DNA of 64,000 nt, taken from Victivallis vadensis. GTDB lineage: Bacteria > Verrucomicrobiota > Lentisphaeria > Victivallales > GWF2-50-93. How positions within the stretch are numbered: the first letter of the stretch is position 1; every line of letters starts with the position of its first letter. The translations under genes and the position numbers were made by a program. The stretch covers positions 10,583 to 74,582 of the forward strand of contig CAMCYE010000006.1 in NCBI GenBank assembly GCA_945883805.1, written 5' to 3'. Shown piece after piece: positions 47,201 through 55,115 of the stretch. The notes beneath the pieces were generated by a model that was given only the letters and a program-made list of their open reading frames with translations, did no database searches and was not told the origin of the DNA.

Positions 47201-47851
47201 ACATATTCAACCGCATCCATCTCCAAAATAATAGATCTGCCTCCAGATTCGGGCGTAAGAATAGGCGGAATAATCAATTCGGTCGCAAACAAGATTTCAA
47301 AGAACAAGAAAGCCTTTGTGATCCTTCAGGTCGAGGATCTTGACGGCGCAATAGAATGCATTGCGTTTTCAGACACCTTTGAAAAAATGGACAAAAGTAT
47401 TTTAAAGGTGAACGAACCTGTTTTCATTGAGGGAAATATCGACATCTCCGGCGAGAACGAGGGGAAGAAGGCTAAAATAATCATCACCGGGATAAGTCCG
47501 ATCCGCACCGCCACCGAACGTTTCTCAAAAGAGGTGCACATAAGGATTTATGAGGCAAGCACCGCCAAGGACAATCTGACCCGGATACAGGAAATATGCG
47601 CGAAATATCCCGGTGAGAGCAGGACGATTTTCTGCGTGACCTGTTCCTCCGGAGAAATAGCATTCATAGAAACTTCAAAGAAATTCAACGTCAAAGCCAC
47701 AGACGGTTTTATCAATGAGACAAGGAACCTGCTCGGGGAACATGCGCTCCACTTCAAGGCCGATCAGAATCTTCCACCCCCGAAACGCAGATGGAATGGG
47801 AACAGCAATGGGAATGGGGATGGAAGGAAGTTCGGAAACAGGGAAGAGTAA
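44261..47851 (+). CDS. dnaE: DNA polymerase III alpha subunit
   Basis: PHP N-terminus FVHLHVHSDYSILDG, a polymerase core, and a C-terminal OB region. I preferred the ATG at 44261 over the ORF-track start at 44204. Confidence 0.95.
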   Translation: MGTEFVHLHVHSDYSILDGACSVKGLAKLAVEHRMGAVAITDHGYMGGALEFYMEMNKNKVKPIIGLETYVSPTNRFDNDNSKDNIRGFHLILLAESFEGYQNLCKLATASVLEGFYYNPRIDKEILGAHSKGLIGMSACLSGEIAKAILNNKIKDAKKILSQYLDIFGKDNFYLEIMEHGIPDQKIVNKELVLLSREFGIPLVATNDVHYLKKEHAYSHELMLCIQTHAVISDEKRMRLTGDQFYFKNGDEMAEIFPELPESLKNTLKVAERCNVNIPITNVNHYPVYHVNDGETQKDVLRKICVEGVKDRYGFDASDENALTGEQKKIMERMDFELGVIDKSKYSSYFLVVWDFIKYARDNKIPVGPGRGSGAGSIVAYLSRITDIDPLRYKLLFERFLNPERVSPPDFDIDFCENRRHEVIDYVREKYGKDSVAQLGTYGKLKPKAVVKDLARVIGRSFAEGNQLTKLIPDKKQAEEGDADTQITLKSAIAQSRELRDFMDKEEWVRNVIKDAEPLEDLIRNMTIHAAGVIIGDQPLSNLVPLASGGKDEVITQYAAKYCEALGLLKMDFLGLSTLTIIDDAVKRIKTHRNIDIDIEKISLEDKEAFNLLNRGDTIAVFQLESSGMQDLCKKFGVGKIEDLIALIAIYRPGPMQFIPEFISRKMGQTKIEYDHPAMEPILRETYGIMLYQEQIMQTVQVVSGFSLGQADILRKAIGKKDVKAMTEQHEKFVQGCAKNNISAPKADQIWEKIAKFAGYGFNKSHSAAYAFLAYRTAYLKANYPVEFMASVLSNVITTAEKVAFFIQECKEMNIAILPPHVNRSNAAFTVDGNAIRFGLAAIKGVGEGAAQAIIESREKEGEFKDLIEFCERAGTSANSRVLENLARVGAFDGFNLKRSQLVNMMEPAMAMAAKKAEDRKSGQGSLFDMFQGGEKDEMTNVPVPDIPEFNEKEMLENEKELLGFYVTGHPLGEFAGMIKTYSTASISKIIDLPPDSGVRIGGIINSVANKISKNKKAFVILQVEDLDGAIECIAFSDTFEKMDKSILKVNEPVFIEGNIDISGENEGKKAKIIITGISPIRTATERFSKEVHIRIYEASTAKDNLTRIQEICAKYPGESRTIFCVTCSSGEIAFIETSKKFNVKATDGFINETRNLLGEHALHFKADQNLPPPKRRWNGNSNGNGDGRKFGNREE

Positions 47852-47853
47852 AG

Positions 47854-48042
47854 GGAAGTTCGGGAGTGCGAAAGTTCTAGAGTTCGGAAGTTGAAGAATT
47901 TGATATTTGTTGGAGTTCACGGCTTTAGCGTGTCTTTTTCTTTAAAACTTGGTCTCTCGGCCACTTGGACACTCGGGCACTTGAAATCTTTTGAAAACTT
48001 TGAAATTCCTATACGTTAAATTAGGCGGCCAAGAGCAGCAAC
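47854..48042. repeat. octamer word array plus ~87-bp dispersed repeat element (partner at 18461-18539)
   Basis: GGAAGTTC GGGAGTGC GAAAGTTC TAGAGTTC GGAAGTTG AAGAATTT (47854-47901). The element at 47956-48042 contains TTTGAAATTCCTATAC and AATTAGGCGGCCAAGAGCAGCAAC. The 14-mer AGAGTTCGGAAGTT (47879-47892) is the reverse complement of 55071-55084. Confidence 0.88.
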
Positions 48043-48092
48043 CTTTTCTTATATTTTAAATCAGTTCAAGAAAGATTTTTTGGAACAAAAAA

Positions 48093-48908
48093 ATGCTTAT
48101 AACAAGTTTGCAGAATGATCGGATCAAATATGTGGTGAAACTCTGGAACCGGCGTTTCAGGGACGATGAGAAGCGCACGCTTCTGGAAGGATACCGTGCA
48201 ATAACCAGAGCCGTCCAGTGCGGCATGAAGATAGAGGAATGTTTTTACTGCCCGGACATGTTCCTCGGATCAAACGAGAACGATCTGCTTGCGAAACTCG
48301 CGGAATCAGGCGCAAAGACAACCGAAACAACAAACCCGGTTTTTGCGAAACTCGCATACAGGGACAGGCCGGAGGGCTTGCTGGCAATCGCAGAAGTCAG
48401 GGAGCACAGGCTCGAAAACATGAAGCCGGTGAAAAACGGCCTTTACCTCGTTGCGGAGAGAATAGAAAAACCCGGCAATCTAGGTGCGATCCTGCGTTCC
48501 GCAGACGCCGCCGGAGCAAACGGGATAATTGTCTGCGACAAGTGCACCGACATTTACAATCCCAATGTCATAACCGCAAGTACAGGCACGCTTTTTTCTG
48601 TCCCGCTGGCGGAAGCTTCGTCTGAAGAAGCGTCAGCCTGGTTAAAAAAGAATGGAATCAAAACTCTTGCGGCTACACCGCATACCGACAAAAACTACAC
48701 CGAAGTTGACATGACCACTGGGATTGCCATAATTGTCGGCGCCGAACAGTTCGGCCTAAGTGATTTCTGGCTGGACAACGCCGATCTGAGGGTGAAAATC
48801 CCGATGCTCGGCCTCGCCGACTCCCTGAACGTCGCAACGGCAACCACAATCCTCCTCTACGAATCTGCAAGACAGCGGAACTGGAAGAAAACTGCCGCTT
48901 TTTCTTAA
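48093..48908 (+). CDS. TrmH/SpoU-family RNA 2'-O-methyltransferase
   Basis: SpoU motifs EKPGNLGAILRSADAAGANG, IVGAEQFGLS and LNVATATTILLYE, plus an N-terminal substrate-binding domain. Confidence 0.85.
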   Translation: MLITSLQNDRIKYVVKLWNRRFRDDEKRTLLEGYRAITRAVQCGMKIEECFYCPDMFLGSNENDLLAKLAESGAKTTETTNPVFAKLAYRDRPEGLLAIAEVREHRLENMKPVKNGLYLVAERIEKPGNLGAILRSADAAGANGIIVCDKCTDIYNPNVITASTGTLFSVPLAEASSEEASAWLKKNGIKTLAATPHTDKNYTEVDMTTGIAIIVGAEQFGLSDFWLDNADLRVKIPMLGLADSLNVATATTILLYESARQRNWKKTAAFS

Positions 48909-48937
48909 TCCCATATCAGTAACGGCTCAGTCTTTAT

Positions 48938-49079
48938 GGCACAGAGTTACAAAGGCACATAGGCACAAAGCAGAGGAGGCGTGAGCAAAATCGGCATGAC
49001 CAACACCCATTTCCATACGGTATTTTCACTTCTTTATTTCATTCTTTGTTATCTTTTTCCACTTTGTGCCTTTGTAACT
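48938..49079. repeat. AAGGCACA-family words forming an inverted repeat around a ~100-nt spacer
   Basis: GGCACAGAGTTACAAAGGCACATAGGCACAAAGC (48938..). The 15-bp perfect inverted repeat AGTTACAAAGGCACA (48945-48959) pairs with TGTGCCTTTGTAACT (49065-49079). Confidence 0.85.
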
Positions 49080-49239
49080 TTATCCCGCCTGCACGGCATA
49101 GACTGAGCCCTTACCCATATCAAAATATTCTTTCATCTTTTCCGTCTGCACCTCTTGACAGCCCTGTTTTACGAGATATAATGTAACTATAATGTAAAAC
49201 ATGTGTTCCATAATGTAAACACAAAAGGTGTTCAGTTTT

Positions 49240-49980
49240 ATGATACAGTCATTGGAGAGGGCGGTAAATATTTTGCGTCTTGTGGCGGAAAGCGGAGACG
49301 GCATACGTCTCTGTGATCTTTCCCGAGCCTGCAAGATGAACCGCAACACTGTCTTCAATCTGGCAGATACTTTGGTCAATGAGAGAATGCTGGCGAAGAC
49401 TCCTGAAGGGGAATATGTCATCGGCGACATGATACGTGAATTGGCCGAAGGGCAGAAGCACAACGATTATCTGGAGATGGTTGAACGCACGCTCAGGGAA
49501 CTACATCTAAAGTATCCGGGAACTTACATCTATTATTCAGAACTCGGACGGTCGGACATTATAGGCAAACTTCATTTCTCCCAGGACAACCCTAGGAAAG
49601 CTGTCTATACTGAAGGCATCACCCTGAACCCCTATATCACCGTTTCGGGTCTGATTTTCTCCGCTTTTGCTCCTAGTGAGAGCCTGATTGATTTACGTGC
49701 AAAGAATCCTTTTGAATATTTCGGCCTGAATGCCTGGGGCAGTATAGATAAATTCCATGAGAGGGTTGAAATCACCCGGAAAAACGGATACTCCGAAACC
49801 CCGTCACTGGTGTCGCCATCTGACTTCAAAATCGGACTGCCGGTATGGAAACAGCCCGGTGACTTGAGAGGTGCGGTGACATTTCATCTGAAAGGGGCTG
49901 AGAATTCCGATAGGAAGGAAGTTTTACATGACGTTATCGGTTACATTGGAAAAATATGCAATAAGGACGAAAACCTATAA
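49240..49980 (+). CDS. IclR-family transcriptional regulator
   Basis: N-terminal wHTH SLERAVNILRLVAESGDGIRLCDLSRACKMNRNTVFNLADTL. The ATG is at 49240; the ORF-track start at 49228 is a GTG. Confidence 0.8.
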   Translation: MIQSLERAVNILRLVAESGDGIRLCDLSRACKMNRNTVFNLADTLVNERMLAKTPEGEYVIGDMIRELAEGQKHNDYLEMVERTLRELHLKYPGTYIYYSELGRSDIIGKLHFSQDNPRKAVYTEGITLNPYITVSGLIFSAFAPSESLIDLRAKNPFEYFGLNAWGSIDKFHERVEITRKNGYSETPSLVSPSDFKIGLPVWKQPGDLRGAVTFHLKGAENSDRKEVLHDVIGYIGKICNKDENL

Positions 49981-49998
49981 TATTTAAGGATTGGAAAA

Positions 49999-50766
49999 AT
50001 GAAAACAGCAGCAGTTAATTGGAATTTCAAAAAGCATTTTTTCACACTCGTAGAGTTGCTTGTGGTTATCGCCATCATAGGGATTCTCGCCTCAATGCTG
50101 CTGCCGGCATTAGGCAAGGCCAGAGACATGGCAAAAGACATCTCATGCAAATCCAATATCAAACAGATTGGATTGACGACCTTCCTCTATTCCAGCGACT
50201 ATAATGAGTGGATTGTTCCCGCCAGAAACTGCCGGGGCACCACCGACACTACGGCACATAGCTGGATAGGCATGCTGTCGGGCTATGGAGAATATTCTCC
50301 AGGATACGGACTTAAGATTGACGCCCCTATGACAAATGAAGGTTCGGCTGCATTTGTTTGTCCTAGGGAAATAGTCGGATTCGGATTGTATACAGCTACT
50401 CCCCCATTGTACACTTATACGCATTATGCAATAAATGCGCGTCTTTCCGGGAATCCGCAACTTGCCGCAACTGCTTCGATGGCGGATGCGAACGCCTACC
50501 GGGCGGCATGGCGAAAGCCTTCGCATTTGACTGACCCGGCGAAAGCAATTCTTATCATGGACTCAAGGACGAAAAGCACTTATCTTATATATGATACGTT
50601 ATTGACTAATGTCGGGTTTAGACATGGGGCGGCAATTTATTATGGTAATGCCAACGTATCTTATGCCGACGGTCATGTCGATTCCGTAGGGACTTCCACA
50701 TTGAAAATCAACTCCGATCTGCAGATTGGAGTTAACACTGCCGGCGGCTGGATTCTTCCGCCATAA
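49999..50766 (+). CDS. prepilin-type N-terminal cleavage/methylation domain protein with H-X9-DG motif (DUF1559-like)
   Basis: [24 protein letters not shown], and the C-terminal [19 protein letters not shown]. Confidence 0.85.
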   Translation: MKTAAVNWNFKKHFFTLVELLVVIAIIGILASMLLPALGKARDMAKDISCKSNIKQIGLTTFLYSSDYNEWIVPARNCRGTTDTTAHSWIGMLSGYGEYSPGYGLKIDAPMTNEGSAAFVCPREIVGFGLYTATPPLYTYTHYAINARLSGNPQLAATASMADANAYRAAWRKPSHLTDPAKAILIMDSRTKSTYLIYDTLLTNVGFRHGAAIYYGNANVSYADGHVDSVGTSTLKINSDLQIGVNTAGGWILPP

Positions 50767-50832
50767 ATTATGTATGTCGAAAAAACAGTAAAACTTCTGA
50801 CGAGTAAATTCCTCTATAAAAAGGATACAGAC

Positions 50833-53115
50833 ATGTTGAAAAAACTATCGGGTTTTTGTGTGATCGCACTATTGTTTTGCAATATTTCAGTTGCCGAAGA
50901 TAAACCCATCGCCGTTGGCATGGAACAGGCGACAGCCAACCGGAAATTATGGAAAGAGAAGACACTAGGCACTAATCTAGCCCTAGGGAAAAAAGTTACT
51001 TTCTCGAAAATCCCGTCGTATAAGCTTACCGCTCAGGGCGATACTGATGCAGTAGATTTGACTGACGGGGACTTGAGTTCCCGCAATAATGATACCATCT
51101 GGTTCGACAGTAAAGCTGTTGGCTGGCGCATAACTGGCACAGGGATTAATATTTTAATTGATTTGGGCAAAGAACAGCCAGTTGGACGGGTAGTCCTTCG
51201 CTGTCTTGGCGGAAAAAGTCAGAACATCCTGGTTTGCCCGAAAAGATTTGAAGTTTTTGCGTCAAAGGACGGCAAGGAGTTTTATCAGACAGCCTCAATG
51301 CAGAAGTTGATGCCCGGAGAAAAATCCCAAAGCGATTTCAAAAAATATTTTTACCTGGAAGAATCCGGCACGGCTTGGGTATATCCTTTTGTCTTTGATG
51401 TTGAAGCCGACGCCAGATATGTCGGAATTACGATTACCGGTGAATCCGAATTTGTTTTTTCCGATGAAATGGCGGTTATGGAGGCGACCCCTCTCGAACA
51501 AAAGAGTGCAGATTTCAACCAGGCTTATAAGAGAACGCCGGAAGATTTCCTGATAAATGGTATTCTAGTCAGGCCCCGTATCAATGAACTTGCGATTTCC
51601 ACCAACATGGCAACTCCGACTTCACTGATGATCCAAGACATGCGTGACAATGCGGATGCCAGGAAACCGCTGCAATTAGTCATGGAACTGCCAACAGGCG
51701 TAATCTTGGAATTCCCCAAGCCGGAAAAACAGGAGGAAATCACCTGCAACGGGACAAGCTATACGAGGTTCACATTACCAATCAAGGCTGAGCGGGTGCA
51801 AACCGAAATTCTGTTTTTTAAAGTGATAAAACCTCCAGCGGCAGACGCTGCCGCTGTCTTTTATGCGCTCTGCGAAGGAGAATCGCCCATAAAACAAAAT
51901 GTGCCCGTAAAGCTGATTGCGATTCCCGAAGTAAAACCGGCCTTAAAACGTTTGCATGTCAGCCTGGCTTGGATGACTGAGAAAGCGGCGCGGGAATGGC
52001 CGGAATTTTACGATGCCTGGAAAAAATTAGGGTTTAACTCCGTAGCGTGTTTCCCACGAAACTGGAAGGAAGATGATGCTACGGATATCCTGAAGTTTCT
52101 TGATGCCTCTCGCAACAAGGGATTTGCAATCGTTATGAATGAATCGCCGTTCCATGTGATGGCTAAGGGACACAAACCTGGAGACGAACTGTTTTCGCAG
52201 ATTCCTGGGAAGGAAAATTCCAGTCTCTGCCCTTCATACCGTGGTAAATTTTATGTCGGAGAAATGGAGAGAGTTGCGGAAAATGTCAGGAAATCTAGGC
52301 CGGATTACGTTTTCTGGGATATCGAATGCTGGGATAATGGAGTTGCGGAAGCCGCGCAGTGTTCGAGATGCAAGGAGGGGCGGCAGGCATCCGGAAAATC
52401 CATGAACGAGTACCTGAAAGACAAAGGCACGGAATCATTCAAAGATTTGTATCAGGCCGTTCAAAAAGGTAGTGCCAGAGGAAAAATGCCGATGGTGGCA
52501 TCTTATAATCATCATGCGGAAAAACCGGTGCATCAGCTGATCATCGATTTCAATCGGATTTATCCGCAATATGTCAACTATGCGCAACCGAGTTTATATG
52601 TCGCAGGAAAAGCGCAGGATGTCCATGATTCCATCAGGGCAAATTACAGATTGATTAAAAGCAAAAACATTATTCCGTGGCTGTCAGCCGGAACTTATGG
52701 CGAGTTTGAACCAGGAAAAATTGAACCGATGATTCTGGAAGCGCTATTGAACGGGGCATCAGGAATTACTTATTACTGTTATGCGGACTTTGATACGCCT
52801 CTTGACTTTTATTATCATGCAAAAGCCCTGGCTGAAATAGCACCGTACGAAGATCTGATAATGGACGGGGAGGTGCTTGAACCTACCGGGACAAATGAAC
52901 AATTGTATTATTCAGGAATAAAGAAAGACAATGAGATGCTGTTATTGATCGGAAACTACCGGAATGCTCCTGGTGATACCATATATAAAGCCCCGTTTAC
53001 GACTGTAACACAAATAAAGGATTTGCGATCCGGCAAAGCTCTTCCGGTGGCAGACACAATTAATCTGAATGTTCCCAAAGACGGAATAATTCTATTGCAC
53101 ATACAGGGTAAATAG
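50833..53115 (+). CDS. secreted protein with N-terminal discoidin (F5/8 type C)-like domain and an uncharacterised C-terminal domain (putative glycan-active enzyme)
   Basis: Signal peptide MLKKLSGFCVIALLFCNISVA. Discoidin-like segment LALGKKVTFS...DLTDGDLSS...VGRVVLRCLGG...FEVFASKDGKEF. The rest is unassigned. Confidence 0.55.
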   Translation: MLKKLSGFCVIALLFCNISVAEDKPIAVGMEQATANRKLWKEKTLGTNLALGKKVTFSKIPSYKLTAQGDTDAVDLTDGDLSSRNNDTIWFDSKAVGWRITGTGINILIDLGKEQPVGRVVLRCLGGKSQNILVCPKRFEVFASKDGKEFYQTASMQKLMPGEKSQSDFKKYFYLEESGTAWVYPFVFDVEADARYVGITITGESEFVFSDEMAVMEATPLEQKSADFNQAYKRTPEDFLINGILVRPRINELAISTNMATPTSLMIQDMRDNADARKPLQLVMELPTGVILEFPKPEKQEEITCNGTSYTRFTLPIKAERVQTEILFFKVIKPPAADAAAVFYALCEGESPIKQNVPVKLIAIPEVKPALKRLHVSLAWMTEKAAREWPEFYDAWKKLGFNSVACFPRNWKEDDATDILKFLDASRNKGFAIVMNESPFHVMAKGHKPGDELFSQIPGKENSSLCPSYRGKFYVGEMERVAENVRKSRPDYVFWDIECWDNGVAEAAQCSRCKEGRQASGKSMNEYLKDKGTESFKDLYQAVQKGSARGKMPMVASYNHHAEKPVHQLIIDFNRIYPQYVNYAQPSLYVAGKAQDVHDSIRANYRLIKSKNIIPWLSAGTYGEFEPGKIEPMILEALLNGASGITYYCYADFDTPLDFYYHAKALAEIAPYEDLIMDGEVLEPTGTNEQLYYSGIKKDNEMLLLIGNYRNAPGDTIYKAPFTTVTQIKDLRSGKALPVADTINLNVPKDGIILLHIQGK

Positions 53116-53144
53116 GATTTCCAGGCTAAAAAAAGAGATGAAAT

Positions 53145-53255
53145 ATGAAAAGACTGTTAATTGCAGTCTTGGCGATTTTGAGTGTAGCCGGGGCGGATCT
53201 TTATTCGCAGACCGGAAAAAATACCCGTGAAGGACCATTCCTGGTTCAAGTATGA
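53145..53255 (+). CDS. 36-codon ORF encoding a signal-peptide-like sequence (possible gene remnant or small secreted peptide)
   Basis: MKRLLIAVLAILSVAGADLYSQTGKNTREGPFLVQV. It has no convincing ribosome-binding site and is below the ORF-track length cutoff. Confidence 0.2.
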   Translation: MKRLLIAVLAILSVAGADLYSQTGKNTREGPFLVQV

Positions 53256-53359
53256 ATTGAATAAAAAATAGAGAAGGGATTTGCGCCTTTGAAAAAGATA
53301 TTAGGATGCGGGCCGTTATTTATACGAACAAATAATTAAAAGATGATGTACTGATAATT

Positions 53360-54559
53360 ATGAAAAATATTACTGAAAGCGCGAAAAATATTCCGGTGTC
53401 CGGTGATTATGACGTGGTGGTAGTCGGCGGGGGAATCGCCGGAGTTGCGGCTGCCGTAGCCGCGGCGCGTAACGGGGCTAGCGCCTGCATAATTGAAAAA
53501 GAATTCGGTCTCGGCGGACTTGCTACGCTCGGTAATGTAATCATCTATCTCCCACTCTGTGACGGATGTGGCAATCAGGTCATAAAAGGTTTGAGCGAAG
53601 AGTTGCTCAAACTTTCAATCCGCGACGGTTACAACAAGATTCCCGACTGCTGGCTTCCGGGCGGGAACATTGAAGAGCGTGCAAAAAAACGATACCGTGT
53701 CGATTTCAACCCCATGTCTTTTATGCTGGAACTGGAAGGCTTTCTCGCCGACAACAATGTCAAACTCCATTATGACACACGTTTCTGCGATGTCGTCAAG
53801 GAATCCGGATCTATCAAGGCCGTCATAGTCGAAAATAAAAACGGACGGAGCGCGATTGCCTGTGGATCGGTAGTTGATGCATCTGGTGATGCGGATGTCT
53901 GCTTTCGCGCAGGAGAGGAGACGGTGTCATGGGACAGCAATGTCCGCGCCGGTTGGTTTTATTACTTTGACGGGACTTCGGTTCGGCTTGATAAATTCAC
54001 CAAATGGTATGACGCTTCCGGCAAACATCTGCCTGATTCCGGACGGGACTTCGCCGGTGATGATGCCTGCGATATCACCGAATTCGTTCTTGATACCAGA
54101 AAGCTCCTCAAACAAAAACTGGCTGAACTGAAGCAGGAAAACCCTGCGGTCAGCCCGCTGTTTATGACATCGATCCCGGCATTCCGCATGACGCGTCGGC
54201 TCAAGGGGGCGGTCGAACTTGAGGAAACCGATGACAAGCATTATTTCGACGATACTGTTGGCATGACGGGCAACTGGCACAAGAGCGGTCCTATTTTTTA
54301 TATTCCACTGCGATCATTAGCTGCAGTTCGGACAGGCAATCTGATCACGGCCGGACGCTGTATCTCCTCAGGCACTACCTTATGGGACATCACCCGCGCC
54401 ATTCCGACCTGTGCGGTGACTGGCGAAGCCGCCGGAACCGCCGCCGCCGCCCTGAAACAAGAAAACAAAACCTCCTTCGCCAAACTTGATATCCCGAGAC
54501 TGCAACAACAGCTCAGGAAACAGCAGGTCATAATTGACAAGAAATTCGCCATGTCCTAA
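53360..54559 (+). CDS. FAD-dependent oxidoreductase (PF12831-like)
   Basis: Dinucleotide-binding motif VVVVGGGIAGVAAAVAAARNG. The size and C-terminal region are typical of FAD oxidoreductases found in PVC glycan loci. Confidence 0.75.
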   Translation: MKNITESAKNIPVSGDYDVVVVGGGIAGVAAAVAAARNGASACIIEKEFGLGGLATLGNVIIYLPLCDGCGNQVIKGLSEELLKLSIRDGYNKIPDCWLPGGNIEERAKKRYRVDFNPMSFMLELEGFLADNNVKLHYDTRFCDVVKESGSIKAVIVENKNGRSAIACGSVVDASGDADVCFRAGEETVSWDSNVRAGWFYYFDGTSVRLDKFTKWYDASGKHLPDSGRDFAGDDACDITEFVLDTRKLLKQKLAELKQENPAVSPLFMTSIPAFRMTRRLKGAVELEETDDKHYFDDTVGMTGNWHKSGPIFYIPLRSLAAVRTGNLITAGRCISSGTTLWDITRAIPTCAVTGEAAGTAAAALKQENKTSFAKLDIPRLQQQLRKQQVIIDKKFAMS

Positions 54560-54840
54560 GCAATTTTTTGGTGGCTAGAATTGGGGTTAAACCTGTATCA
54601 CACCTGAATGGCGCTTAGTTAGGTGCTCCTCTAAAACAGTTTACTCAACGTTTTCAGGCGTAACAGCATGGATCACGGACGGAAAAATGCGCCTGATGTC
54701 TATAATGAGTTTCGAGTGCAGGTGGCATCAATAATAGTGGCGGGTGCGGAGAAGGTGAAATCCGGGCAGCAGGAGAAAGATTTCAAAATGAGGGCAAGAT
54801 GAATTGGACAAAAAAAGACCGGACGTTGGCTGTAACTGAC

Positions 54841-55026
54841 GCCGTTATCACCGTCACCATGAGTTTCGATGTCTGAAAACACGACCATTCCAACATTGAA
54901 ATTTATGGAACGGCTGGGGGTTTGAAGGTTCCGGATCCGAACAGTTTCGGTGGTCCTGTGAAGCTTTCAAAACACGGATTCGACTGGCAGAAAATTCCGC
55001 TTCCGCCTATATTCCCGCCAGTATGA
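54841..55026 (+). pseudogene. C-terminal remnant of a Gfo/Idh/MocA-family oxidoreductase gene
   Basis: The frame reads AVITVTMSFDV*KHDHSNIEIYGTAGGLKVPDPNSFGGPVKLSKHGFDWQKIPLP. It has an in-frame TGA and no upstream N-terminal Rossmann part. The YGT.G.L.VPDPN.FGG pattern is typical of this family. Confidence 0.55.
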
Positions 55027-55070
55027 AAATCAAAATTCCTATCAGTCTCTCACTGACACCCGCACACTAA

Positions 55071-55115
55071 AACTTCCGAACTCTGCCCCTTTGTGCCTTT
55101 GGAACTTTGGAACTT
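55071..55115. repeat. conserved 14-mer plus TGTGCCTTT-family words abutting a stop codon
   Basis: AACTTCCGAACTCT (55071-55084) is the reverse complement of 47879-47892. CTTTGTG CCTTTGG AACTTTGG AACTT runs into the TAA of the minus-strand gene at 55114. Confidence 0.85.

Noticed and set aside
49080-49463. 127-aa minus-strand ORF overlapping the IclR gene start
   Set aside because: It is antisense to the IclR wHTH region and extends into the repeat-containing spacer. It has no motif.
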